DNA from: Microthyrium microscopicum
Lineage: Eukaryota
Assembly (NCBI GenBank): GCA_010405405.1
Contig: MU004245.1
Span: 499,256-563,255 of the forward strand
Length of the DNA stretch: 64,000 nt
Direction: 5' to 3'
Shown: piece after piece, positions 22,992-38,604 of the stretch
How positions within the stretch are numbered: position 1 is the first letter of the stretch
Layout of the letters: every line of letters starts with the position of its first letter
Made by a program: the position numbers and the translations under genes
Notes under the pieces: generated by a model
Databases searched by the model: none
What the model was told of the DNA's origin: nothing
Seen by the model: only the letters and a program-made list of their open reading frames with translations

Positions 22992-24047
22992 CTTGAGGTA
23001 CTAAAGGAAAAGTCGAAGGGAATAGCTGTGTTGGCGGGAATGGCTTGATCAGCTAAGAGTTGGGAAGTAGGGTGGGAGGCAGCAGTAAAAACCCCGAAGA
23101 GGAATTCACTACGTCAATTGCTGATGAAGAGCTTTTGCTTTGGATGACAGCTATATACTGCGAGACGGCGGTTGATGGAAACTTGAAGGGTGTACGTTTT
23201 GAAGGAAGGTGGTGTGATAAAAAAGTACAAACTTGTGTGGAGGCAACGGTTGTAGACCAGCAAGGCTTAGCTGTTTCAAAGCACCTCAATCACTAGGACA
23301 TAGCGTCTGATACCTCGAACGATCACCTGGTATAGTATCTGTTTATAGCAACCCATAGATCAAAAGAGACAAGCCAGGCGCTGGTAATATATACCGCGAG
23401 ACCCGCCACCACGCTTCTCGTGTAAACTGGATGTTCCCTTTCATCGTAACACTAAGCAGACAGACAATGGAGTGGCGGCAGAGTAGATAATGATGGCTCC
23501 ATCCTGATCAGTGACTGGTGATGTCCACAGAAGCCAGCGCCATGAACATATTGAACTTAACGAGCGGAGTTCATTACCACTTCTTTCAAGATGAAAAGAG
23601 TACATGGCTGATAGATTTTATAGATCTAGAAATTAGAAATGGCTACGTGACTACAACCATCCTCTCTTGTAAGCATGGTATCACTGCCAAATATCTCCAC
23701 AGATAATGATCCTAAAGCCGTAGCACACATGACAATTGATACAGAAAACTTATCAGATCTAAGGTAAAAGTACGACTGGGTTAAAACATGAATCGTAACA
23801 TGATTGTATTTGAGAGTAGAGTAACGATTACTCATATAGTCATCTTGACTTGCCATTTTCAAAGAACATATTTGTCAATCAGCAACGTAGAATCATGCGT
23901 CATATCGCATTTGCTATAATTATATCAAAGAACGAATACCGTGAACAAACAATGCCCACATGCCCTTGGAATCCAGAAAACCATCCAGCAACCCCGTCCA
24001 GCTTGTGGAAACTTCACGCGCCCAATCATACCACAATCTCTATCGCA

Positions 24048-24974
24048 TCATTCCCCTTGGCCACTAGACAGGGGTAACGGTGAGACAGGAGCATCAGTCA
24101 ACGGCACATATTGAACCCCAAACATCTTTTTTCTCTCCACCTGTCCATCCTCATCCTTGTCGACAATCCAAATATTCTGCTCGCCATTCTTCTCCTCTAT
24201 TGGAATGAACATCCTCCCACCATTCTTTAGCTGCTCCACCAACTCCTCTGGCCAACCCTTTGCCTAGAATATGTGAGCTTATTACTAGTAAAACTACGAA
24301 AAGACCAAATAATCCTGCTGTCCAGAACGTTTTATGCTAGCCATCGAGCACGATGGGAGATGTGAATGCCATTGTTCCACCAAACATCGTCAAGAAAATG
24401 TGAGTTTGAATGAGGGATTCTTACCGCAGCACCAACATGTATCGCATCATACCCATCACCATGCCTATCAGCCTCCCTGAACCCCTCCCGTCCATCCCGA
24501 CAAATAAACCTCACTCGTTTACTGCGCATTAGTTCTCTTCCAGCGTCACTTTTCCCCATGTTCAATTTCGCCTCGCGGGCGAGTTCCTCAATGTGCTCAA
24601 TGCCAATGACTTCGCCGTCCGGCTCAACGAGATTCGCAAGTACATGTGTTAGATAGCCCGATCCAGATCCAACGTCCAGAACGCGCCCATTGGGCTTGAG
24701 GACGGATAGCAGGGCTTCACAGGCGTGGGCATGCATGTGTGGAGCGGAGATTGTTGCGTGGTGGCCGACGTATTGGGGGGTGTCGGCGTATGGTTCCCGA
24801 GGAGCGTAATGGCCTCTGTCAACCTGCAAGGCTCGTCAGCAAGGAGGAAGAGGAAGGGCAGGAGAAGGGTACGTTGAGCATGGCATCTTTGACGCGGATG
24901 CTTTTGATGAGACCGTTGGAAAAGAGGTTTTCGATGAGGGCGGTGTTGGTGGCGCCGGATGATCGCCAGGCCAT
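24048..24974 (-). CDS. PCM1: Protein-L-isoaspartate O-methyltransferase
   Basis: MAWRSSGATNTALIENL; ATISAPHMHA; SAM motif VLDVGSGSGYLT; YDAIHVGAA; VQYVPLTD. Introns 24872..24824 and 24424..24264. Confidence 0.95.
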
Positions 24975-25304
24975 GGTGATACGGCGAGTGGAGAGAGGCC
25001 TGGAAAGGCGGATGAGATTCGAGATGGTCAGATTGGTGGTTTTGGGAGAATATAATGCTGTGATTGGGGAGCTATCAGTCGATTTGGAGCGCTTTTGAAG
25101 CACTTTATGCGTATCCGAGATAGAGTTCTGAGATTCGTCACTTCGGATCATTCCAGTAGATCTAGATGACATGAGATAAAACTAGAAGAAGACATGACGG
25201 CTGCCAAATAGAACGACTGAAGTTAGGAGCAATCGACCAATAGGAAGCAAGTGCAAAACGTCAGAGCCATGTGGCGACTGCCAAGCTGATCAACCCCGCA
25301 AAAA

Positions 25305-25331
25305 ACGCGTCGCGAACGCGAAAAGTCGCGT
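25305..25331. promoter_or_regulatory. Cluster of MCB/SCB-like CGCG elements
   Basis: ACGCGTCGCGAACGCGAAAAGTCGCGT: four CGCG cores in 27 bp, ~330 bp upstream of the PCM1 ATG. Confidence 0.4.
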
Positions 25332-26340
25332 CTTCTTTAATTCCGGTAACGCAGAGCAAAAGAGCTTGTGGTCCCCTCAACTTCCATGGTTCCCACGAGC
25401 GCTATTGATCAAGACGGTTATATTTTCCATTGCATTCGATGAATTGGGCAGGTCTAAACATCGTTCATGGCACTGAACGCACTCGATCGCGGAGTGTGTT
25501 GTGTAAGAGCCATCGAAGTCAGTGGGGACACGCGATTTATTTTGTCTAGTATCGACCGTCAAGAAAAATTCAATGCGATGTAAGAAAAATCTGCATGATA
25601 ATGTATATTCGCGTGATTTACCAACTACTCTTCAGCACTGTGCATTCATAGGGCCCAATCAGTCCATAATAGAACTCAAACCTTGGTGTTTCCCCATTTT
25701 CCATGCCTATCCTGTCCCGTTCCGTCCCAACCACCCGTTATTCCCAATCATCCAATCCATCACACATACATTTCAGCTTCCTTGACTCGTCCCACATCCC
25801 AACTAGTAACATCTGCCAATCCGTGGCGCAATGCATGAAACCTAGCCAGCCCAATAACTTTCAGGGCGCAAAAAAGGCGAGTAAGTGTAAAAAACAAAGA
25901 GTCATTAAACGGTGCGGAGCGTGCCCACTCGCAGGGACATTTGAAGGAGAAACAAGAGGTTCGGCGCAAACAAAAGAAGAGGTACTGTAGGTAAAGCGCG
26001 GGTGATATGGTTGGGGCGAAAAGGAAGAAGAGTGTGCGATAATTCCGTGCGGGCAATGCAAAGATTGCGGGATGATCAGCGATTCAGGAAATAGCTTGAA
26101 TACATGCCCCACAATCACTGAGCAGCTGAAAGGAAACAATGCCATGATTACAAATGCTAGAAAAACAGGAGTATTTCTGATCAAAGGAGTGACTAAGATG
26201 ACTCGCTAGAAGGTGTTGCGAGTGTTGCGTGGCCATCCGACGGGTCTGGGGTCGGTTAGCTGCATTGCATGCTCAAGGGCACGATGTCGTAAATTGGTGA
26301 AAGGTTCGTGAATTGCTGCTTTGAACGGCGGTGATGGCTA

Positions 26341-27535
26341 TCATTGGGAAGAGACTAGCTCACCACCTAATTCCATACCGAGGCCCTTGACATCTGAGGT
26401 TGGACCTTGTGAAAGCTCGGGTGTGTTGCCATTAGAAGGCGGCATCATGTCAAAGTTGAGCCGGCGGCGAGCTTCTCGGGCAGCCAGCGGAGTCTTATTA
26501 GGACCCGGTGTGCGCCAGGCAGCTTGTGCAGGACTGGGAGTGACATTGAGGTAATCGGCAAAGTTGAAACCCATGCCAGGGGTTGTGGTGCCAAAGCCAA
26601 TATAGTTGCTTCCACCGCCCGGAGTCGAGAGCATGGAGGAAGGAAGCGGAGTCTTTTGAGGCGGCGTTGATGGAGGATTCATAACAACATTATTGCGGGA
26701 TTTGTTATTGCCCGGTACGGCGGGAGATGGAGAAGCGGCAAGAAACATTAGGAGGTCGGCGGCATCGTCATTTCGTGAGTTGTTGAATGGCTTATTTCTC
26801 ATTCTTGCTGAGCGAGCGACATCCGGAGAAGGAGTACGCGGAATTCTCGGCGGCGATGAGCGTATATGTCTTGTATTAGCTTGGAACGAGTGTAGTGGTA
26901 GATCTGAATCGTCGTCTTCTGAGTGTGATAAGGAGAGATTGTCATCGGGTACGGTTGCCTCTGTTACAAATGACAAAGGGGGTCCTTTTGAAAACGGGCC
27001 TGAATGTCCATGAAAGCCTGGTGATGACTCTGGAAGTCTATGGTTCTTCTTCCATGACCCTCTTGTCATCATTTTGCCCCTTTCATGTGTGCTTGATAGT
27101 GGCTGATTGAAGCTTGACCGGTGCTTTGACCTTTTTGAACTCCGACTGCTGCCGGAGCGAGGAAAATCGTCGGAGAACAGGGGAGCAGTCAATGGTGAAG
27201 AATCAATTCTTCTACCGTGATATAGTGCATCTCCAATGCTAGAGGAAGTGTCTGAAAGGGCATCGTTGCTCGAGCTTGTGGGTCGTTTTCGCTTCAATTC
27301 CTGCTCGATTCGGGGCTCGATGGTCTCGAGGGGTAAAGTACCCCAGCCGTTTTGTATTTTGACAGTTGCCAAAGCCAGACGATTTTGTAGTGTTCTCGTC
27401 ATCTGTTTCACGGAATAGATCAGTAAGGGTGCTCGAACTGCTGCAAGATCTGCTTACCTTGGATACGGCAGCCCGTCTGAGAACCTTGCTGGCCGCAACC
27501 TCTGCAGGTCGCTCCTGCAAGTCGGAGGAAGCCAT
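26341..27535 (-). CDS. Whi5-motif / Stb1-like G1/S transcriptional regulator
   Basis: ATG 27535; intron 27457..27403. LQNRLALATVKIQNGW (Whi5/GTB-type motif); AADLLMFLAASPSP (Stb1-like); many S/T-P sites. Confidence 0.78.
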
Positions 27536-28886
27536 GTTCTGTAAGGAGCGTATTCCAGAGTGAGTTGAACGACGTCTGGTAAGGCAAAAGAAGGACAGAA
27601 GCAGCAGAAGAAGCTGAACAGGGCTGAGACTGAGCGAAGAGGTTGGAGGAAGCAATCTGGGCCGATGAATAATAGCACGGACCTTTGTCGTCGTTGGCTG
27701 TCTGGGTGTTGGCAAGGGTGCGATCAACCAAGGAATGAATTGGCGCCACCGGTGAATGAGTCGGGTTTCCAGGTCAATGTGTTGCAAGCTGCAACTCGGA
27801 GGGCAAACTCGAGAATAAATGATTGTAGGCAACTACTTGGAGAAAAGGAGCTGAATTGGCATAAATTGCCAGTTATCGCATTTGCAACTGGGAAAATCAA
27901 GGCCATGCACCAAAAGAGCGGCTACTGATGGTGGAGTTGGGGCTTGATTGGCTCTCGTTGTCTGCCTTAGCAACGACTTAAGCTTCCTGAACTGGTTAGT
28001 TCTGAGATTGCGCAACCTTGAAAGTACGAGCCGATGGGAATGAATGGCACCAGCATAAGTCGAAACACTTTGAAAGCTGCACAATGACTAGGCGATTCGT
28101 CTGGTGAGGAGTTGTATCGTCAAGTCCATCCGTCGTAGTCTTGGAGAATAGTCGAAGTAAAAAGCGGCAAGCGGCGTTCAAAGGCCATGCGCTGCACAGG
28201 GCAAATGCAGACCAATTTGTTAATTCGACCAATCAGAATTTGAACTAATTGCGGAAAGAAGCAAAACCATCATGAATCAGTGATTGACAAGATGGAGACG
28301 ATATCAAAGCAGCTGAAGTAAGATCTGATGGAATTAAGAGATAAGAGGGTTTGGATTGATCTAGCAATGAGTTTGGAAGGTACGATGCTCGGTAAGAGCA
28401 GCGCCTTCCTCCAGTCTCAACAGGAAGCAGCGACCATCTTGCTATCCCCTACTGCAATGGGCATCTATGTACTACCCATTGCAATTTGCGCCCGCTCAGG
28501 TTGCCATTGCTAATGTTTACGCCTAACTGGTATTGACAAGTCCTCTTGATGGCGCATACAGTCGGTGATGATAGCAACACGTCTCCGCGGTTTTTGTCCT
28601 ACAGCGAACCAGCAATTACAAGCAACTGGGCTATGAGCATAGTATTCTCCCTCTTCTGTACTCATTCTTATAGCCTAATGACGGTCTTCCAGTCTTTGCG
28701 ACCTATGGAGCCACCTATGCTCTGTCCTGTCTGACTTCCGACCATTGCAGCAACTAGCAGCTCATACAGCAATACCATGCCAAGTTTTCTGCCAGTGTCT
28801 TGACGGGATGAAGATTTGCCGAAGGTTGATTACAGCTTTCGTTGAAATATACTGCAGCTCTGAGTACAGCGTAAGAGCGACGGCGT

Positions 28887-29288
28887 TCAGGTTTCCATTT
28901 CCATGGCGGTTTGTTGGGCCATTCGCTTGCCATTGTCTACTCCTAGACCAATAGCTGCCTCGGCCTCCTTCTGTGTATGTGGTTCCTCTTTAAGTTGCTT
29001 CACCCTAACTTGTTGTTAGTTGTCATCTTCTACAGAAGAAGAGTCTCAAACATACCGTCTCTTGTGGTTTGAACCTTTCTTATGGCCTTCGAAATTGGAT
29101 TCCATATCGAACCACTTGGAGCATTCGGTGCAATACCACTTTCCAAGTCCTGGCAAATCTTCAGAGTTCTTGGTGTCGGTGTATCGCTCTAGATGGCGGG
29201 GAGAGTCGAGGTCTGCATGGATTTGATCGAGATCGCGAGTATGGCGACGAGTCTTTTTCTTTGACTTTGCTCCTCTAATGGCCGGCAT
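28887..29288 (-). CDS. BUD20: C2H2 zinc-finger ribosome biogenesis factor Bud20/ZNF593
   Basis: KTRRHTRDLDQIHADL..DLPGLGKWYCTECSKWF..HKKGSNHKRR; intron 29054..29005; exon 2 VKQLKEEPHTQKEAEAAIGLG. Confidence 0.93.
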
Positions 29289-29939
29289 GATGAATGGTCG
29301 CAATGGATGAAGACGGAGCGATAACGGCGGAGGAAGAGAATGCGATGGTAGTCTGACAGTATTTTGGCACCGCAATATACGCGGGTTGACAATTCCTAGT
29401 GGAGTTTCGATGAAAATATTTAGAGTGGAGGCACTTTTTTTATTTAGGCCTAGTGGGGACTGCCAAGACCTACATAGCCAATCAACGTGCAGATAACTCT
29501 AATGCATTGTGATTGCATAAGTATTTTACCACGGGTTTCGGCAAGCGTTGGCCAGCATGTGTGTCGTATTTTGTCGTCACCCCCAGAAATAGAGTCATAA
29601 AGTGGTCTGGAGACATGCTCCAAGCTCCAACATATACCTGTATTTGGTCTGGAGATGCTGTAAATATGGTCTGCAGGCTCAAAAAAATTGAAAACCGAGG
29701 TTTGGAGAGAGGGAATAAACCCGGAAAAAGTAGCCATTTGCTCCATCGGCTCGCTCCCTTTAGCCGAATGTAGAACCCAGTACCCTGGCCCACTCTGTTT
29801 CCCGCCAGCCAATGCAAGCTTAGTCTTCTGATAACCCTCACGGCCTCGTCTTGCTCTTAATCTGCTTTTCCCCAAAACAACCCTCTCCTCCCAAACAAAA
29901 AATCTCCACTCTCTCCTCTCACCATAGTCTGCCCCGATC

Positions 29940-32776
<2,837 letters not shown>

Positions 32777-33464
32777 ATTGTTTATGCAAAGTTATTCCCC
32801 TAGTCTCGTGTTTGCATGATGAGCGTAGATGGTAGATTGGCAACTGAAGCCCCGAAGATGATGTTCAGCAAAGAGTATTGGTGGTCTACGAGGGGCCGGA
32901 GGTAGGTCTTTTCGTTGCTGGGATCTTGGTTGCTTTTTATAGGGTTGTAGGTTGTTTCAATATGAGCTTATCTTCTTTAAAACCATCTGTTAATTTGTTC
33001 ATATGATGAGTGCTTTGATATCTGGCAAATCATCCGCTGCTATGCTCCCTACACTCCCGTGCTTATGTTGTTATTTACACACCTAACAAGCATCGACTTG
33101 ATATAAGCATGTATTCTAGATGAGAAACTGCAATGTTGGGTATATCATTTCGACTATTCCTGCTCTTGATGCTTCAAACTAGTATACAAAATAGAAGCTA
33201 CGCTTGCTCACAATTGCTAAAAGGTGGAAAATATACATGATAGGTAAACTTTCCTGATTTCAACCTGAGAACAACACTATAAACGCCGTCGCCAAAAACA
33301 AGGATTCGATCACGGGGGTATGATACTTTCTGAAGAAACACAAAGAACAAAATTCAAAACTGCGCGTCAGCCGGCCTTTCCCTTCCATATCCTCTTTCAA
33401 TGGACATAGTCTTTCTTTTTCACGGACCTTGTGTGTAGATATTCATTTGATCTGAAGAGATTTC

Positions 33465-34330
33465 CTACCAGCACTTGAGCCGTCGCCACCAACTGGGCTG
33501 ATTCGCGCGCGACCGTGCTGCCAGCTTGGCGGCTGTGATCGAGGTTACCGGCTTCTCTGTGAGTGGTGGTAGGGGTTGTGTATGCGTTGCCTGGGCCATT
33601 GATGCATCGCCGCCGGCGTGGATGCGGCGAGCTTCTACGACGCGGCGTACTAGAACTAATCATCTCATCAATTTCATTATTCCAAAAACGAAGGCTGGTT
33701 CCTCAGTTCCCTCGGGAGCAACTTACGAGCAAATGTCTCCTCAATATTCACCATATCCCTCGCACTAGTCTCCATAAACCCACACCCTCTCGCCCTTGCC
33801 CACTCCAACCCCTGCACACTCCTTACCACCCGCTGACTCTGCAAATCACACTTGTTGCCCGCGACGAGCTTGACGGGCGCGACGGCGGATGCGTCGGCGC
33901 GTGTATCTTCTTCCATGGCGATCATGTCGTGGAAGTATGTGAGGGCGTCCAGGGAGGCGGAGTTGGTAATGTCGTAGACGAGGAGGAAGGCATCGGAGCG
34001 GAGGTTTGAGGCGGCCCAGAGGGAGCGGTATTCTTCTTGGCCGGCGGTGTCGGTTAGTTGCAGGTGGTAGGCTTGGCCGTCGATGGTGCGGGTTACGGAG
34101 TAGGAGTCTTCGATTGTTGGGTCATATCTGGGGATTGTTAGGTCATTGTGGTGGGTGGGAAGGGTGGATGGCTTACTCGGAGGTCCATTGACTGCGGACT
34201 AGACGGAGTGTGATGGATGATTTACCTGTAGTATTTTAGCATGAGTTTGGTGGTGTTTAGGGGGAGGTCATGTCTTACCGCAGCCGCCGTCACCGCATAC
34301 TGTTATAGATATTCTGTTGTCGAGATCCAT
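33465..34330 (-). CDS. Ras-family small GTPase, 4 exons, ends ...WWRRLKCW
   Basis: G1 GDGGCGKS, effector loop YDPTIEDSY, G3 DTAGQEEY, G4 NKCD, G5 ETSA. Introns 34278..34226, 34176..34128, 33726..33656. Confidence 0.9.
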
Positions 34331-35910
34331 TGCGAGCGTTTAGGTATTCGCGGGGTATGTGAGTATTGTCTGAGTGTTGTGTCTTTCCAGAACAGTTACT
34401 TCAAGACTTGTGTCACCCCGGACGGACTGAATCAGAATAGTGGTGTTTTGAAGGGATAGCAGTAAAGGGGGGAGTTGCTCGAGCTATAATAGGTAGTACA
34501 GGGTTGCCGGTTTCAGTCAGGCAATGCGAGATCTGTTTTAGGAAACAGAAAACGGTGTAACGGGCAGCAGACTGGGTGTGGTTGGGTTGTTTCTCGTCGG
34601 CCAACAGAGGAGCAAATCTGTGCCAAGAATGAGATCGGGGGCGTGTGGTTGGTGTGGGGAAGGATTCAAGGGTCCAATGCGCCGGTTTGTATGGAGGAGA
34701 TCTGATCAATTATACAGATGAAGGAAAGAGGTAGACAATGTAATGCAGTGGTTATGATAGGATGGCAAAAAAGAAGGGATAATGGTGGAAGAGAAGGAGA
34801 AGGTGTTATATCACGCCTCTTCGGCCCGTTTGTGCTTTGTATACCTTTTCCCCGTTACGTCCGTGTGAATTGTGACGATCACGGTGAACATGTTCAAAGA
34901 AAGAATTAGCGGCTAAAGTAACTAAATATTTCTCACTTGTTTAACATCGGGAACTACAGTGATCGTAAAAATTCCGTTGCTAGTATTCAATTGTTTCAAG
35001 TCGGCTATTCACGCCTTCCTCTTGACCTTTCATTTTGATGCCTTCGTCCCTCTCATTTCTCCCAAAACAGCTCACGTTAGGCCCCGCAGATCATCGGGAA
35101 CAGGAAAAGGCAAGGATTCCGCTTGATAATCTTGGAAAATAGCTCCTAGAGCCACCCCCCTTTTCTCACTCTTTTCAACTGCAGAAGATGCACATTGTGA
35201 TGCTTCTGGCCATTCACAACCCAAGCTTTTACGCCAGTGCTTGTTTGGGACAAGTAGCCGGTAATATGACAGGGAGTATCCGCCATCCCGGAATCCGGAT
35301 ATCTTCTCCTACTTCTTATCATCTTCATCTTTGAGCTTGATATCTTTACCTATCATCTTTTTAGTCATCGATTCCTTGTGTAGAATGTGTTCGTGTTGGC
35401 GTTCGAGGAGGTTTTCATGAATCATACCCAATCCATCCTCCATCTCCACTTGCAATACATGCATAATCCAAACCTTAAACTAACCTCAACCAACAGTCGC
35501 TGGAGAGTTTACGACAGCTGTCACGGCACTTGATGGAATTGTATATGGACTCTAGATCATTTTTGACAGCCTTTCAACACTCGGATTAACAGATGAAAGA
35601 GCTTGATCCCGAGACGAAGCTTTATTTTCTCACCAAATCCGGACATCATGCTCAGAATAGCCAACCAAGATAAGGCCGCCAGACTATGACCTCTCGACCA
35701 CTAGTCCTTTCGATAGCGATTTATGTACCCGCACTCTGGTCAAGAGTCTTCAACCTCAATTGCAGTTCCCCAAGCGAGTACGAAGATGACATCCCCTGCT
35801 TCATGTCTATATGATGAATCTTTCATAAACGTAAACAAACATTATGTTCGCACGAGATAATACATGTTTGGAAAGGGACTTGTTTTGCACTTTCATGATA
35901 TTGAGAACTA

Positions 35911-36900
35911 CTAATCTGGACTAAAAGCTTGTCCCTCCAGCATCGGAAGAATAGCAATCTCCCTGATAACCCACGTCCTCCCACCATCCGCCGTCGTCAT
36001 ATTATCAACATGTACATTCCCCTTCTTCACCAATGTTGCGGCAAGCTTCGGCTCCTCAGTAGCCATGGTCATAGTAATATTCAGATAATTCTGAATGTCT
36101 GCTGATCCTCTTACTCCCCCATCAGTCTCCGTCCGGATCGAGAGCCTTTGAAGGTTAGCAACTGACTATCAATACATCTATTGTCAACATACAATTTCGT
36201 TGGCGCGTTGCCTTTGGTAAACTTCCAGAGCTCCTTCTTGTCAACGCCCTTTGGTCCAAGATTCCACAGTGATTGCGTCCACATTCCGCCTAGTCCATCG
36301 GCTTTTTCGTACTCTATTAGTACTTGATCATCATGGTTGATTATTGCGCTGTCCGGTGACGCTTGGAATAGACAGCAACCATGAATTGCGTGCGAGCGTA
36401 TGCACCTTTTCGAGTCAGTCGGAGAGGTTCTCTAAATCTTCAAAGACTTCTGCACCTACCATTGACCAGGATAGGCTCTACATGTTCTCCATAATTTAGC
36501 AGATCCATATCCCTCTATCACCGTCTATTTTCACTCAGTCAGCTGACCAACCAATAACTTGAGATACAAAGCCTCAGCTTACTTGTATAGTATCACCCTG
36601 TGAGCTATTCGTCCCATAAAACAGGCCCCCGAATAAGTTTATCTGACCATTTATCGGTATATCTTTCGGTGGGTAGCCTGCGATCTGTACCATGGATATC
36701 TTGATAAACTCGGAAGCCGCTTTGCCAATACTTATCGTCGGTCTCGACACCGTGGTTTGCGGAGAAGATTGTCTTTTGACCAGTGAGTTGTCATGCTGGT
36801 GCGCTAGCGGAGATTTTGATGTGATGTCTGGTACGTTAGCAGAGGCGACGAATTTGTTTTGGCTGATGAATGCTAGGGCGACCAGTAAAAGAATTATCAT
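35911..36900 (-). CDS. Secreted protein of unknown function (about 5 exons; middle exons uncertain)
   Basis: Signal peptide MIILLLVALAFIS; Kex2-like LVKR. Donors at 36582, ~36459, ~36192. Last exon ...MTTADGGRTWVIREIAILPMLEGQAFSPD*. Confidence 0.7.
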
Positions 36901-37214
36901 ATCCGTACCTTGGCAGGCAACGATATTGCACAGGGAGCAAAAGTTATGGGATGTCAAGAAGGATTTAGAAGTAATCACTGGCATTGCTGATGTTCAAAAG
37001 TAATTTCAGCTTGTCTCATATACATTGGATTACAAAATCCACTTCAAAACATTAGGGCCAACGCAAAATCAGCATCAAACACCACCCACGGTACGATAGG
37101 GCTGCTACAAAATCCAAAAATCGAGCCCCAAATAACCTCAAATTATTCTCCCATCAGCTGCGTTGCCACCCATCTACGACGCTATTTATCAAGTGCGATG
37201 GCAGCCACCGCCCT

Positions 37215-38604
37215 TCATGGAATGGCGTCCAATTCTCCCAGTGTAAGATTGGCCAGCGCATACAACGAAGCATGGCTCGGAAGATGCGGTCCCTTGCTCT
37301 GCGTCCTCCGACCATGCTTCCTTACTTCCCGATCTTGCGCATGCACCTCCTCCGGCAGGTCATGGTGGCATCCAGATGCCCACTTCTTCCGGCAAGTCGG
37401 ACAGCCATTTTCGCTCCACGCATCTGGGTTCGTGGTTCCTATCCACGAGTTGATGCACTGTCTGTGGAAGTTTTGTCCACAGCCGTCTTTGCACCACCGC
37501 AGGTCGTTGTAGTTTGGTGAGGCTGCGGCGGGCTCCCATAGCCTGGATAGACAGATGGCGCAGACTTGGTCTTGCGCGATTGGACGGCGTGGGGAGTGCG
37601 TTTCGCCGCTGCAGTGCCACGAGTAGGTGTGGGCGGAGGGCCGTGGTAGCCAGTCATCGGCGGTAGTAGGAGCTGGATCTGGATAGTCGTCCCAGCCTAC
37701 AAATGTAGTTCCCCAGGCAGCTCGCCAGGCAGCGTCCCCTACGGTGTACAGTGTAGCTGGACTGGACTGTTCCGCAAGTGGTTCACGAGTACGCAAGAAC
37801 CTGCTTGAGCCACCCGAAGTTCCACTAGCCTGCGAGGAGGTCCCAGTAGAGGGCCTGTTGCTATTTCTGGATATAGCTACACGAACTCGACTATACTGCT
37901 GGCCCCCTAGGTGTCTTTGTGGCTCTGGACCAGACCAGCGTGACTGCTGTTGGCGTCGACGATGCTGAAGTTCTTGTTGGATACTAGGCCGTGAGCCTCT
38001 CGCGCCAAAAGCAGGGCGAGAATTTTGTTCTCTTTCGGCTTCTCTGGCAGAGTAGGCATCCAAATACATGTTATGCCAATTCGCGAAGACTTCGCGAACG
38101 TAAGATTGATGTAGCCGACATACAGCTTGCTGGGCCAATCTGGAATACGTTAGTAGGAATCAACTATATTGGGTCTCTGCACGGGTGGAGCCATAAGATA
38201 TTCTATGGCAGTCATCGCATCCGTTACCAATCAGCGAAGCCGATCAGAAACGGAAACAAGGGAGTCATGTAACCAAAATATGGCTTGCAAATGTGTTCTG
38301 ACGAGGGGAAAACTTACGCTGCCAAAGTATGATGCATTTGGGGCCAGTTTGGAGTCTGCCTGTCGCACAGTTGGTAAAGCGAGTCAAAAATCCGGTCGGC
38401 CTGGCGTTCCGCCAGGTCATTAGGACATCGAACCAAGATGCCGGGTCCTACAAGGTTATTAGCACGCAGTTTTGCAACGCATTTGTGATGCGCGAAGGTG
38501 TTTTCAGTGAGACTCTTACCTAGTGATGGTCCATGACAGGTAATGCGGCCAGTTTGAACATTATAGATCTCGAACACCTTGATCAAATCTAGGTGAGGCG
38601 CCAT
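37215..38604 (-). CDS. RING-finger protein with N-terminal Cys/His module
   Basis: ATG 38604; intron 38317..38140 gives LAALAQQAVCRLHQ. RING: CAICLSRL..WCKDGCGQNFHRQCINSW..CPTCRKKW. Confidence 0.8.

Noticed and set aside
27536..28880. ORFs upstream of the Whi5/Stb1-like gene (e.g. 27239-27832)
   Set aside because: Low-complexity UTR-like translations with no conserved motifs; uORF function cannot be supported.
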